Part shown: in pieces, positions 24,814-39,728 of the stretch
How positions within the stretch are numbered: position 1 is the stretch's first letter
How the letters are laid out: each line of letters starts with the position of its first letter
Assembly: GCF_001194135.2 (NCBI RefSeq)
Contig: NC_068993.1
Coordinates: 32,628,270 to 32,692,269, forward strand
DNA from: Octopus bimaculoides
Lineage: Eukaryota
DNA length: 64,000 bases
Direction: 5' to 3'
The notes under the pieces: model-generated
The model's input: only the letters and a program-made list of their open reading frames with translations
What the model was told of the DNA's origin: nothing
The model's database searches: none
Made by a program: the position numbers and the translations under genes

Positions 24814-25961
24814 ATGACCAAGTTAGTAGCGAGGGTGGGTGCTCTGAAAGTGTAGCTGCTAGAATAAGAATAGCCTGGGCAAAGTTCAGAGAGCTCCTAC
24901 CTTTGCTGGTGACAAAGGCCTCTCACTCAGAGTAAAAGGCAGACTGTATGAACAGCTATGCTACATGGCAATGAAACATGGGCCGTGACTGCTGAGGATA
25001 TGCGTAAGCTTGCAAGGAACGAAGCCAGTATGCTCCGATGGATGTGTAATGTCAGTGTGCATACTTGACAGAGTATAAGTGCTTTGAGAGAAAAGTTGGA
25101 CCTAAGAAGCATCAGATGTGGTGTGCAAGAGAGACGACTGCGCTGGTATGGTCATGTGGTACGAATGGATGAGGATAGCTGTGTGAAAAAGTGTCACACC
25201 CTAGCTATTGACAGAAACTGTGGAAGAGGTAGACCCAGGAAGACCTGGGACAGGGTGGTGAAGCACAACCTTCGAACATTAGGCCTCACCGAGGCAATGA
25301 CTAGTGACCAAGATCTTTGGAAATATGCTGTGCTTGAGAAGACCTGGCAAGCCAAGTGAGACCATAACCTGTGGCCTATGCCAGTGGTGGAACCAGCCCA
25401 CTTAGGCGTACCTTTCTTTCATTGGACACTAAACTCCGCTCGTGAAGACTTGTTGAGGCAAGTGAAATTGGAATCAAATTCGATGACAGCACCACATGAC
25501 TGGCATCCGTGCTAGTGGAGCGCTAAGAGCACCATCCAAGCGTGATCGTTGCCAGGGCCACTGACTGTCCCCCCATGCTGGTGGCAAGAAAAAAGCACCA
25601 TTCAAGCACGATTATTAACAGTGTGGCCTTACTGGCACTTGTGCCGGTGGTACGCAGAAAACAACATTCGAGCAAGGGCGTTGCCAGTACCACTGGACTG
25701 GCTCCTGTGCGGGTGACACATAAAGAAACACCATTTGAGCGTGGCCATTGCCAGTACCGCCTGACTGGCCCTTGTGCTGGTGGCACGTAAAAGCACCCAC
25801 TACACACACGGAGTGCTTGGCATTAGGAAGGGCATCCAGCTGTAGAAACTCTGCCAGATCAGATTGGAGCCTGGTGCAGCCATCTGGCTCACCAGTTCCC
25901 AGTCAAACTGTCCAACCCATGCCAGCATGGAAAGCAGACGTTAAACAATGATGATGATGAT
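24814..25961 (+). mobile_element. 5'-truncated RTE-clade LINE (RT C-terminus, long 3' UTR, (GAT)n tail)
   Basis: ORF 25084..25359 RRLRWYGHVVRM...GRGRPRKTW is typical of RTE ORF C-termini; upstream WAKFRELLPLL. Confidence 0.9.
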
Positions 25962-26183
25962 CATCATCATCATATCTTGTTACAATCCACTTCAAATACA
26001 ACACTTCCAGATACTCTACATTTTAAATAATAATACTCTGAAGGCAACTAATCTATAGGAATTTTCTTATATATATTTACAGTACTGATTCTCTGTGAAG
26101 AAGTAAAATCAAGGTTCAAGGTTACTCCTTTATAGATGTCACACAACATTAAAATGAATAGAAACTGTGAAATATGAACCTAC

Positions 26184-26251
26184 CTCTGAAAATTTCTTTA
26201 TACACAAGTCTAGCATTGACTTGGCTGTGAGAGTAAGTAGATGTTTATCAC
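26184..26251 (-). CDS. TAF1: TAF1 exon 23, (G)DKHLLTLTAKSMLDLCIKKFSE
   Basis: 68 nt, phase 1/0; similar to GPKHSLTQISQSMLDLC. Confidence 0.94.
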
Positions 26252-26253
26252 CT

Positions 26254-27455
<1,202 letters not shown>

Positions 27456-27659
27456 TGATTCTTTATTTGCCACAGGGACAAGAAATAAGAGACATTACTA
27501 AGACAGGACACAAAAACAGTGAATTGAAAAAATAATGAGTTGAAAATGATTATATAAATATAAAATTACATAATGTATAAGAACTAAAGCAGAGAATATC
27601 ACCTAGGGAAATAGGACTTCTTACAAATCACTGAAACATACTTCAACACTAAGGCCAGT

Positions 27660-29150
27660 GTCTTCTCCCTGCTAGGAAATTACAAAAAGGAAATTGAGAT
27701 TGGAACTCTCCAGCAACACAAGCCTCAGCACTCGTTCCTTTATTTCAGGATATTTTTCTGCAGATCAGCCATCTCTCCTGTACTCTTATCACATTATTAA
27801 AGTAAAGCTGTTAAACAAGTTGATGAAGAGTTGACTGAAGAGGAAAGTGTTTGTCTTCAGTTTAAGTAATCCTTTTTTTTTTTTTTACCACAGCCATCAG
27901 ACAGTAGTAAACAACTACCTACCTTTCTTTACTAAAAGAATCTTTACAATGGACTCAAGTGATCTGTCCTTCCCCATTCCCAATGACAGGGTTTGACACA
28001 ACCCCGCAAGTCAGTAATGTTCAGACATTGACAGAATAGTTCTGTCACTTTACACACATCTTAAGTAGGCACAACTGTTGGCACTGCCATACCCATAGAG
28101 TTTTATCTTCTCTACAGTCCATCAAAGATGAAAATATGGCTTAGTTACCATGTTGCATCTCTATCACCCAGGTCAATTCAACAATTTCATTCCCTCAGGT
28201 CTAAATGCTTATGCCTTAACTTGGACGATGCAACCTTCACATTTTGTACCAAAGAACTCGTCAAGGCACATTCTCACTACTTGCACATTATAAGCAATAC
28301 TTTTCCTAATAACCTCTTCATGCCATACTAGCTCATTTTTCCAATCTATTATTTACTAGTTGTAGATCCCTCATAAAACTAATAAATTCTGTCCTAATTT
28401 TCATTTTCAATATGTTGATAACTGCTTCTATCAGTTTCTGCTTAACCAGCTTGCTAACCTGATCTCTACAGAGGGAGTGATACATTCACCTTCCGATAAC
28501 CAGATCCCTGTCTCAATAATCTATGATTACTGTAGATAGTCACAAACTGTGTAGCTCTGATTTGTCCTTATCCACTAAACACAACCTGGAACAGCCAATG
28601 TGATTTGAACAAATCCACACTGTTACATTTAGGAAATATATTCAGTCAGTCAGACATATGAAAATGCCTAAGCAGAGTTGAGAAGCTTTTATATTAACCA
28701 TTTTTATCAGCTACTTTCACATAATCCCAGTATGCATCTACAATACCATTCCAATCACACATTGACACAAATGTATAAGATGTTCCTATGAAGTTTTGCT
28801 GCCCAGCCTTCTTCAGGCATCAGAGTATAAACAGCCACAACCCACAAAATATTGCTTTTACTGCCCAAAAAAATGTCTGAACCACCAACCTGCTATGCAC
28901 ATGTAAGAAGATCACCTTTACCTGGAGATTTAGACCTTTCAAAAACAAAACAATTACTCCATTTGATCTGGTTCGATTCCATAAGGCACAAACCTCACAA
29001 TTATCCAGAAAGAGTGCAAGACTACAAATGGCTAAGAAACTCTGGTCTCACTAACAGCTATTACATTTAAGTTTAGTGACCTGAAGGCATTGAGCAGGTG
29101 ACCCTGCATCCAGACACCCACATGGTCAGGTGCATTCCTACATCTTACTT
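27660..29150 (-). mobile_element. Highly degenerate LINE RT remnant, possibly L1/Tx1-like
   Basis: Fragmentary minus-strand motifs KSPG, LLNSA and AVPG in RT order, with many stops. Confidence 0.35.
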
Positions 29151-29169
29151 TCAACAAAGTATAAGAGAG

Positions 29170-29213
29170 GGGGGGAGAGAGAGACAGACAGAGACAGACA
29201 GAGAGAGACAGAC

Positions 29214-29260
<47 letters not shown>

Positions 29261-29316
29261 GACAGAGAGAGAGAGACAGACAGAGACAGAGAGAGACAGA
29301 CAGACAGAGACAGAGA

Positions 29317-29388
<72 letters not shown>
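29170..29388. repeat. Compound (AG)n/(AGAC)n microsatellite
   Basis: Direct reading. Confidence 0.95.
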
Positions 29389-29390
<2 letters not shown>

Positions 29391-29840
29391 TCGACAGCTA
29401 CATTACTAATGAGTTTAATAGTGAAGGGTTAATTCAAAATAGAGATCAAATTGTTAATATTCCAGTTAATAAAAGAAGGATATAATTATTGAAGGTGAAT
29501 ATCAATGAAGAACTGATTGGTGCCAATAACAAACAACAGAATTGTTCTCGTCTAAACTACTAGGACTGAGTTTAAAGTTCAAATCTACCATGAATTTCAA
29601 TTTAAGCTTCATTTTATATTGAAGTTAAATTTTTTTTTCCAATCTCACCACCCAACCAATATCACAATAACCACAACCATCACCATGACCACCACTACCA
29701 TCCTACACCTACCGATCTGATATCAGTTTAAGAATCCCAAATTGCTGTTCCTGAACAAATAACATTTATATTTAGCAGTTACTGCAGTCAAAACATTTGC
29801 TGAATAAACAGACTCTCTATATTTACCACAGCAAACTTAC

Positions 29841-29925
29841 CATTATACATTTTACTGTTGATTGACATTTGATTAACATCAGTTAAGAATTCTTCGCGAG
29901 AAGTATATTTCTTTCTCCGAACATT
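29841..29925 (-). CDS. TAF1: TAF1 exon 22, NVRRKKYTSREEFLTDVNQMSINSKMYN(G)
   Basis: 85 nt, phase 0/1; conserved bromodomain YN. Confidence 0.96.
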
Positions 29926-31159
29926 CTGGAACAAGATTACAACAAAACAGATATTTAAAGTTGATCATATAAGTTTATAATAAAAGTAAAAGACAATGTA
30001 AGTTAGTCCTTACCAATAATATTTAAAATTTTATAAATACTATAATTTATAAATACTACCTTCTTATGAGGAAAGAACAACAAAAACTAATATCTTGGAT
30101 GAACTGTAAGGATTCTTTAGATTAAAATAACATTATTGTCACAGAACTATCAACATTTGATAACATGCAAGCATGACTGATTGGTTAAGATGTTACTTCC
30201 TAAATATGCATGTGGTTTCGGGTTCAGTCCCACTGCACCCCACGTTGGGCAAGCGCCTTCTAATAAAGTCAGCCAAAACCTTGTGAGAGGAAATGGTAGA
30301 TGGAAACTGAAAAAAACCTGTTATATACATAAGTGTGTGTGTGTGTCCCTGTTTGCCTTCACAACACATGATTATAAATGAGTGTCATTCATTTCCAATC
30401 TTCTGTAAAAAAACATCTCTGACCATGGGGAAATACTATTTGCTTGGAAACAGTGAGAGTTGGCAACAGTAAGGCCATCATGCCAGAGAAAATCTACCTC
30501 GATGAATTCTGTGTCAGCCATGCAAGCATGGTAAAGTGGATATTAAAATGATGATGACTTATCAACATTTGAATAATTTACAAACACACACTTACACACA
30601 AATTGCTTAAGATTGTAAGATGTGATTTTCAGGAAGATTTAGCTGCTATTTCCAACAGGCTGAGTAACTATTATTGTTGTTGTCTCACTATAGTCAGCCT
30701 CAGTCAAGCACTCTGCCATGACCATCCTGTCTTTTGTTTTAAACAGTGTACATCACAGAACACATTATCTAACGTATTATTCCAATTTTAAGTCAGTAGG
30801 ATATAATTTGATGGACATTTGGTTTCTATTTCTGGCAGGCTGAATAACCATGTGGTGGACCCTGAATGTTGTTGGTATTGATCTTGTTATAAAATAATCT
30901 CAAATGAGTTTGATCAGTGTTGTTAATATCCAACTATTTTGGATCAATACAAATCTCACACATACCAAGACATATCCCCAACACTGAACCAATCTCATTT
31001 TGTCCCATCACACTATCTACTCTCTATAGCAGATATTACATCATTTCCAGCCAAAATAACTCAACATTTTTATTTAGGAGAAGGATTCACTTTCCATTTC
31101 TCTTTTGATTCTGTTTTGCTACTATTTCATATTCCTAAGGCAACAAACTGACAAATCAT

Positions 31160-31350
31160 TAGCAAGTCAGGCAAAAAAGCTTAGCAGCATTTTGTCCATC
31201 ATTACACTCTAGTTCAAATTCTGCTGAGGTGGATGTTGCTTCCATCCTTTCAGAGTTGATAAAGTAAGTACCAGTTGAGTACTGGGGTCAATTTAATTGA
31301 CTCGGCCCCTCTCCCAAAACTGCTGGCCTTGTGCCAAAATTTGAAACCAA
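31160..31350 (+). mobile_element. SINE family B copy
   Basis: gttcaaattctgctgagg...ccatcctttcagagttgataaagtaagtaccagttgagtactggggtc. Confidence 0.7.
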
Positions 31351-32134
31351 TATTTCATATTCTTTTTATTACAAGTATTTCAATTCAATTTCTTTCCAGC
31401 ATTTCAAGTTCATTTTACTATGATATTTTCAGTTAGTATGGTTTTATCAAATTTAGGCATTTGTATATCTGTTCAAATAATTGTTTTTTACAAGGTGCCC
31501 TTCCACCTACCATGACTCATTCAACTATAAAGTAAGAGGTGGGAAGTTTTAATACCTCCACATAGCTTTATGAACCAATACTTAGTTCCAATTTCATTAA
31601 ACTAAACATCTCCTGGATAATCTATCACAGGAAGCATTCCCTGATGATCTGGTGCCTTTTTCCTTGAGAATAAGGTGAAGTGAGGTAATGTGGAATAGGT
31701 ATCCTGCCAAAAGACACAAATAAAAATAGCTGATATGAACTTAAGAACTAGGAGCTGATGATTTCTGCAACTCTAATCATTCAATCATTTCATCTCTAGA
31801 TGCAATAAAGAGTCACACCCATTTCTCAACCAAACTCACTGAGCCAAGCAGCATTCTATGTTGAACCAGAAACACAATATCTACTGTACTTATAATACTT
31901 TTTAAACCAAGCAACATAAATATTGCCAATTGTCAAGAATTTCCAGGTCACAATAACTCCATTTCATAAATAAATATGAAATGTTTCTAAGCTGGGAACT
32001 GAAACTATGTCTGCTGGATGAAAGCCAACAACACTAACCACCAGTCCACAAGCAAATGAGACTATATAAAGAAAAAGCAAGATTTCTTATATAAAGACAT
32101 CAGTGAAAATGAAATGTTTAAAACAATTTCTAAC

Positions 32135-32227
32135 CTCTCTTAAAGTCTGAAGATCCATAGGGTCTTTCACAATGTCATAATAGTCAGTCACTTTTTTAGG
32201 ATTGACAGGGAATAGAAATTGTTGCGT
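32135..32227 (-). CDS. TAF1: TAF1 exon 21, TQQFLFPVNPKKVTDYYDIVKDPMDLQTLRE (bromodomain 1 ZA loop)
   Basis: 93 nt, phase 0/0; PV..DYY..I..PMDL motif. Confidence 0.97.
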
Positions 32228-32291
32228 CTGTAAATAGAAAACATTAAAATAATGACAAAAATATGAACACTCACTTTATACAGTATTAATA

Positions 32292-32341
<50 letters not shown>

Positions 32342-33120
32342 ACAAACACACATTTATATATATCTATAAGCACCAATGTCATTTGTCTTGAAATGTTACC
32401 ATCTCATAACTAATCTTAAATTTCTTAGAAAAATCCCAACCTCTACCCAGAATGACGTGAGAATAAAATATACTCGGTTCAAGGTGCCCTTGGAGTAATA
32501 CAGATTCAAGAGAGTGTGAAAGACTGCTGGTTTTCCCTGTACCTCACACGAATACATTCTCTTTGTATCACATGCACACACACACACACACACACACACT
32601 TATCTCTCTTAGATACTGCAGTAGTTTAAAATTCACATTTAAAAATCACATTTTTGAAAAGTTGGTATGCAACTTTCAATATCATGGAAGGTATAATATA
32701 GATGCAGCACAGAATTTTGTCAGTGAACAGGTCGCGGTCTCAAAGCGACGAAAATATTTTGGCAAATTAAATTTAAATGTTGAAGTGAATCTAACGTTTT
32801 TTGTGTGTTTCTTAAATGTCTTATAAATACCTTCCATGCTGCAATTGTTTTCGTTCCAGCACACAATCTCAGATCAGGTCGCTTGCCATGCAAGTACATC
32901 TCCAGAATATAATTTATTTTCTAAATACTTTGCATTTAAATTTGTATAAAATATTATACCATGTAACTTACACTCGAGATACAATTCCCGCTTTCAAATA
33001 ACTTCATTTGGTATCACATGTCTTCAGCAAGAAGGATGGTTGCCAAATTCCAACATTCAGGGGCAGATTTAACAATTTTTCTTTTCCTTTTATCTTAAAT
33101 AAGTGTTTCACCATATCAAA

Positions 33121-33450
33121 ACATCAGTTACCTGTATATCTTTAAAATCACAGTTGCCAGTATATCTGTGTTCATATCACAGTGACCAGTATATCTGTGA
33201 AAATATCAGTTACCTGTATACCTGTGTTTATATCACAGTTACCAGTATATCTGTAAATATCAGTTACCAGTATATCTGTTTAAATATCACAGTTGCCAGT
33301 ATATCAGTGTTCATATCACAGTGACCAGGATATCTGTGAAAATATAAGTTACCTGTATACCTGTGTTTATATCACAGTTACCAGTATATCTGTGTTTATA
33401 TCACAGTTACCAGTATATTTGTGTTAATATCACAGTTACCATTACATCTG
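33121..33450. repeat. Minisatellite, ~29-bp unit ATCACAGTTACCAGTATATCTGTGTTTAT, ~12 copies
   Basis: Direct reading; 139-bp higher-order period (33151 vs 33290). Confidence 0.9.
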
Positions 33451-33515
33451 TGTTAATTAGTCATAAGATACACCAAAAAAACAAATGAAATAAAACCACA
33501 TCTAAGGGGACTTAC

Positions 33516-33614
33516 ATTAGGGAGATCCCTCATTTCATTTAATATTGATTCAAAGATGGAGGAGAGAGTAACCAAGGGATCTGTTCGGCGTCGATTCGAA
33601 GACTGTTTGGGTTT
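33516..33614 (-). CDS. TAF1: TAF1 exon 20, [33 protein letters not shown] (start of bromodomain 1)
   Basis: 99 nt, phase 0/0; RRRTDP motif. Confidence 0.97.
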
Positions 33615-34094
33615 CTACAAAACAAAAGAAACATGAAAGGCATCGAACATTAGATTATTGATTTGGTTTGCAGGTGAACCAGAAACAGTTCAGCTGTGGA
33701 CAATGAGGTTTTGTAGTGTTTAGTTACATCCCTTAATGTTCTAAGTTAAAATTGCTGAAGTTAATTTTTTGTTTTTCTAGGATCAATAAAAGAAGTACAA
33801 AGCATTCACTGAAGGTTTAATTCAACTGGCCCCACAGTCCTTCCATAAGATTTTCTGACTTTATGGCCAAAATACAAAATCATTTTCATTATCCCTGTTA
33901 CAACAATGGATTACAGAATTGGTAAATTATCAGAGAAAAAATGTCTTGTAGCATTTACTGATGCTTGTTTAAAGTCTCAGTTCAAATTGCACTAAAATGA
34001 ACTTTGCCCTTCACAGTTAGTAAATTCTAATTATCTGTAACTGCCTCCAAAATTTGTGATCTTTTATTTATAAGTGAAATCATTATTATCAGCA

Positions 34095-34310
34095 GTGCAG
34101 CATGCTGATAGAATCATTGAAGCACCTGACAAAATGCCTAAGAGTATTTCATCCAGCTCTTTATATTCTGAGTTCAACCCCAGCCAAGGCCAACTTTGTC
34201 TTTCATCCTTCCAGGGTCAATGAAATAAAGTACCAGTCAAGTACTGAGATCAAAAGTATAGACCAGCCCCTCTCCTCAAAGTTGCTGACCTTCTATCAAT
34301 ATTGATTTCA
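34095..34310 (+). mobile_element. SINE family B copy
   Basis: ctgagttcaacccc...tttcatccttccagggtcaatgaaataagtaccagtc. Confidence 0.7.
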
Positions 34311-34507
34311 AAATCTGGCCTAAGGCCTTCTATCTAAATTGGAAATTATTTTTATTAACATTGTATATCACCAAAGACTGACTCTTTGAATTCACTTCCA
34401 ATCAGAAACGTCTATTAAATCATAATTTAATTGTAGTTTGACTATGTACACAGGCAAGAGTCGTGAACTGTCTCAAGAAATTAAATTAAATTTTAAAAAG
34501 TAATCCA

Positions 34508-34975
<468 letters not shown>

Positions 34976-35707
34976 TAACCAAATGGCAAATAATTAACCT
35001 TTCAAATCAGTTGAGCAACAAATTTGTTCCTCTAGATTCTGAATTCATATTCTTCCAACTTAGGTTTGTTTACTCTTCCCTCACCCCACCCCTACGACAT
35101 GATAGGCACCAAAAGATATGTGGAAAGAATGATTCATTCAGTTCTTTTTCCTTCTTCATATCTGTGGCCTTGTGGGAAAGGTAAGTAAACAATAATTAAT
35201 CTTATTCCATACCGAAGGACTTGATAAGACCAGCTTCTAACCCTGGGTGTCTGTAGTACTTTAACTGGAGAAGAAATAAATTTCCTCTTGGATGGAATGC
35301 AAGTCCATTGCAGCCAACTCTTATTAAAAGACCTGATTTCTATCTACAACTTGCACCAATGTAACGAACCATTAATGAAGGCAGTGAAGAAACCTCGCTT
35401 TGTTTAATCAAGGCAGAGTTGAATTGGATGACAACAACAACAACATATAATTATAAGCCAACAAAGGAGCCTCTACATGGTCAATCCAAATGCTACAAAT
35501 AGCAGCCAAATCATCTGTAAATTACTCGCTATTATCTAACAAAAAGAAGAACACTTTGGATGATATAATCCTAGATACTCCTAAAAGACTTTAATCAAAG
35601 TTATCCTGGAACTAAACAATAACATGGTTAATTAGCAACCCGTGTGTAGTTAGTCAGGTCATATTTATAAAAAAAGTAGGAGAAAAGGATGCAATAAAGA
35701 GCCTTAC

Positions 35708-35816
35708 CTTGAGGTAATCACAGTGAACCACACTTCCTGTACGGCGTTTCTTCTTTGTTTCCACAGCTTGCTTTGGAAATTTGAGCAACAGAGATTTCCG
35801 GCGCATTTGATCAGCA
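35708..35816 (-). CDS. TAF1: TAF1 exon 19, [36 protein letters not shown]
   Basis: 109 nt, phase 2/0. Confidence 0.97.
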
Positions 35817-36164
35817 CTGAAATAGTGAAAAAGAAAATATGAAAGTAAACTCTTGTCTACGATTGATAGAAGTACTTATTAATTAGAATAATCTCCTTAG
35901 TCCCTAAATTACCAATATTCTTTCTTTCAATTTCCAATGTGGTTATTTTGAGAATAACCATAACAATCTGGTAATGGCATCTCTCCAGATGTTTTTTAAC
36001 AGAAAACGATCATCACTCTCAACTCTTAAAAAAATGGAGGCTAGAATACTGAGATCACATAGTAAGAGCACAAGATGTATAAAGTCTATTTCTAGAAGGA
36101 GAGATAAATGACAAACATTTGAGAAGAAGACCAAAGTTTAATTGGTTTTAATAACATCAAGGAT

Positions 36165-36315
36165 TAAAGCGGTGAGCCAGTAGAATCATAAGCATGTCAG
36201 GCAAAATGCTTAGCAGCATTTCATCCTTCTTTACATTCTGAGTTCAAATTCCATCAAGGTCGACTTTCCCTTTCATCTTTTCAGGGTCAATAAAATAAGT
36301 ACCAGTTGATTACGG
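36165..36315 (+). mobile_element. SINE family B copy
   Basis: aaagcggtgagccagtagaatc...gagttcaaattcc...tttcatcttttcagggtcaataaaataagtaccag. Confidence 0.75.
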
Positions 36316-36849
36316 GTGGGGGCAGGTTTCTGAAACATGGGTATTAAACAGAAGCACTGATTGCAAATTACACATCTTCATTACAGAACTCCTTCACTTC
36401 TATCTAAGTTACTTCAGCAACAGGTGTTATTATCTACTTTCAAGGAGCCCTTTATGTATTTGAAAATATACATTTCATGACTTCTCTAACCACTAAGTAC
36501 TCAAACATATGCAACATGCAAAGACTTTCTCAATCAGCCTGCCTCTTGTGCACCCTATTTTATACTGGGTGCATCATACTGAATTCCTACCTATTCCTTT
36601 TCTATACACTGACTATAGGCATGATCAGTATACAGGAAACGAATGGTATAAAACTTTCTGTTAAAGATTATATTGGCTAGATATGAAGCCCTAGACAGAC
36701 ATATTCTCTAGAAAGGTGTTAAGCAACTCAATAATTATTGAAAACTAGACACAATAGTAAAAAAAAAAAACAGTATTCTATAAAAACTTGCAGGAATATA
36801 AAACCATACTGAAACATGGTGGAAATTACACTGCAAACCTACTGAAGTG

Positions 36850-37091
36850 GACATTAATTTTGGATACTGCTTCTAATTAAAACACTAATTATAACAGTCA
36901 ATTATTGACATTATTTCTAATTAAGACAGTAATTGCAACAATTAAATCTAGATGCTGTATTTAATTAAAACAGTGATTAGAAAATGCTAATTATGGATGC
37001 TATTTTTAATTAAGATACTAATTATAACAGTTAAATCTGGATACTTCTTCTAATTATGACTCATAATAAACAGTTAATTATGGATACTCAC
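36850..37091. repeat. ~44-bp minisatellite, 6 units, abutting the exon 18 donor
   Basis: tggatac/tagatgc anchors at 36861, 36905, 36949, 36994, 37038 and 37081. Confidence 0.8.
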
Positions 37092-37297
37092 TGCTCAACA
37101 AGATTCTTTGAGATGACGATCTTTGTCCCTTCTACATTAATAAGATCGTGGTCAGAAAGTAGGTTCTTTTCTTCTTCTTCTTCCTGTTCTTCAGTCATAG
37201 CAACCTGTACAGGGGCTGAGGGCCCAACTTTTTGATACAGGGGGCATTCTTTGTTTGTACGCATATGACCAATCTGACCACAAGCACCACATTTTAA
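37092..37297 (-). CDS. TAF1: TAF1 exon 18, zinc knuckle [21 protein letters not shown]...[16 protein letters not shown]
   Basis: 206 nt, phase 0/2; CxxCxxxxHxxxxxxC motif. Confidence 0.98.
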
Positions 37298-38464
37298 CTA
37301 AAATAAAAAGCAAATATAGTAAGCATATATAGAAGATATGTAGTACCTGGCCAAAGATCATTTTCTGTAATATAGGATGACACGAGTATCCAACTACTCC
37401 AATAATTCTGAATTTGAAAAAGTTTAAAGACCTGCAAAAGGGTCAGAAGGACCAAATTTTCAGATGTGGAGAAAGGTGGGTGCACATTTCAGGTTTACAC
37501 AAATATATAATTAATTTATTTACAAGCAGTGGATTTTCATTAAAATAATAAATACAGAAATTATTTGGTGGGTAAGATGGAGAGAATTATTAAACACTAA
37601 TAATAAAAGACTTGTATAAGGAAGGGACAACTGAGAAGTTATTTAAAACAAACTTCTATAACTGAAATCTATAAATCAAGAAAGGAAAAGGTATCCATTT
37701 CTTTCAACAGTCCTGTATTTACCAAAAGCAAACTAACATATGTAAACTAACATAATGCAAACTAATATAAAGAAATCATTTGTTAATATTTTTGAGGATA
37801 ACAGGCAAAATGCTTAGTGGCATTTTGTCCATTTTCACATTTTGAATTCAAATTCTGCTGAAGCTGACTCTGCCTTTTGTCCTTTCAGGGTCAATAAAAT
37901 AAGTTAAAGACTGGTGTTGGTGTCATCAACATACCAACTCCCCAAAAATTGTTGGACTTGTGCCAAAATTTGAAATCAATATTTTGAGGGTGGTGCCATT
38001 TGAGCATCAGGCAACCTTAGAGTATCTAGTAACATCCCTTTATGTTGTAAGTTCAAATCTCACCTAAGTCGACTTTAACTTTCATTTTTCTGAGTTCAAT
38101 AAAATATAGTGTTTGTTAATTACTGACATTGATTTAATTAACTATAATCATCCCACCAAACCGGTGGCCTTATTAGAACTAAGGCCACCAGTTTGGGGTG
38201 AATGAAAGTTTCTACTTAATCAAATCAACCTCAGTATTTTATCAGCCCCAGATGGATGAAAGACAACTTGACGCTAGAAATTTAGAAATAATTATTTTGA
38301 AATAAGCTAATACCAGTCCCTGGTTAGAAGATTAATATGAAGTAACCCTTAGATAGCGCTATCACCTAGTTGAAATGGTTAATTAGATGGGGTTGCCCTG
38401 TAGACAATTTCCCTCCTACCCTATGACGAGTCCCTATTTAACAATTTACCTATAATTTACCTAC

Positions 38465-38561
38465 CTTTAGTAGAGGAGTCTCTTTCTTTTTCTTTTTCTT
38501 AATTGGTGCAACTTTTTCTTTCTCTTGGTTACGCTTAATTCTTCGCAATTGTTCTTGTATT
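38465..38561 (-). CDS. TAF1: TAF1 exon 17, IQEQLRRIKRNQEKEKVAPIKKKKKKETPLLK
   Basis: 97 nt, phase 2/0; basic, NLS-like stretch. Confidence 0.95.
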
Positions 38562-39675
38562 CTGCAAAACAAATGAACAGCGGAAAACATGATAAATAAA
38601 CATTTTATAAATAGGTAACAGATTAGTAATAATAAATTCCTTGGCTGTCATCCATCTTCCTCTACATATTATACAATAAATATGTTACTAGACACAATAA
38701 AAAGCTGTATGATGAATACATGAAAAATATAAACCAGTTAAACTGTTTAATGTGTTTAGCTGTAAAAAGTAAATAGTGCTGACAAAACCATTTATCTATA
38801 CTATAAATTGCAGTGTTCTTGATTGCTTGATTGATTGATTGATTGATTGAGTGTCGGCAGATTCACTCGAGAACGGTGCAGTGGAATCGCGTGAAATTCA
38901 GCACAGAGCGGCAGCATGGTCCGCTCATGTTCAGGAGATTTTTATTGCCCTCCAACTCCCATGGTTACCGAGATAATCGATTATTACTTTTTAAGATAGG
39001 AATATCCCATTCAATTTTACGAAAAACCAGCACAATAAAGATTATTTTTTTCCAAGTAATGTGGCTGGGTTTGTTTTTCGAAAATTTTAATCAGAGGCAC
39101 AGAAAAAAAATAATTTCAATTTTTTGTGCATTAAAAAAAAAAAGCTATAGCTTACGCTCTTTCTAATTACTATGTTTTTTTTTACTTCAGTTACAAATGT
39201 CTTCAAACGTCGACATTCAAACAGCTTTTCCATATTGAGACAAACGGACTCTACACAATTGTATCCATCCAGGAACGCGTTTTCAGTAATTGAAATTCAC
39301 AATTCTAATCAGTGTACATGAATGTCCAACCTATGATTGATCTTGAACAGTTTCGATTAACATTCTTGTGTCGCCAATACAACAACCGCGCTACCATATA
39401 TTTTTCTTTTAAGGTGAGGTTATACCATAAATAAGGTTCCATGACTACATGGGGCTATGGGTACACACATGAAGTTAGTTTTACAATATCGACCCGCAAA
39501 ATCCACCACACTGCCTGAGTGAAACCGGGAAAAACAGCTAGTAAGATATATATATATATATGCTTTCAGTGCGAATGGTTTTGTTATATGGCGCCGTGTT
39601 TTACAATCCTATCAATAATAATAATGGTATTTATATAAGCTCAAAGCTTATGGCAATCACCGTGCAATTACTAAG

Positions 39676-39728
<53 letters not shown>

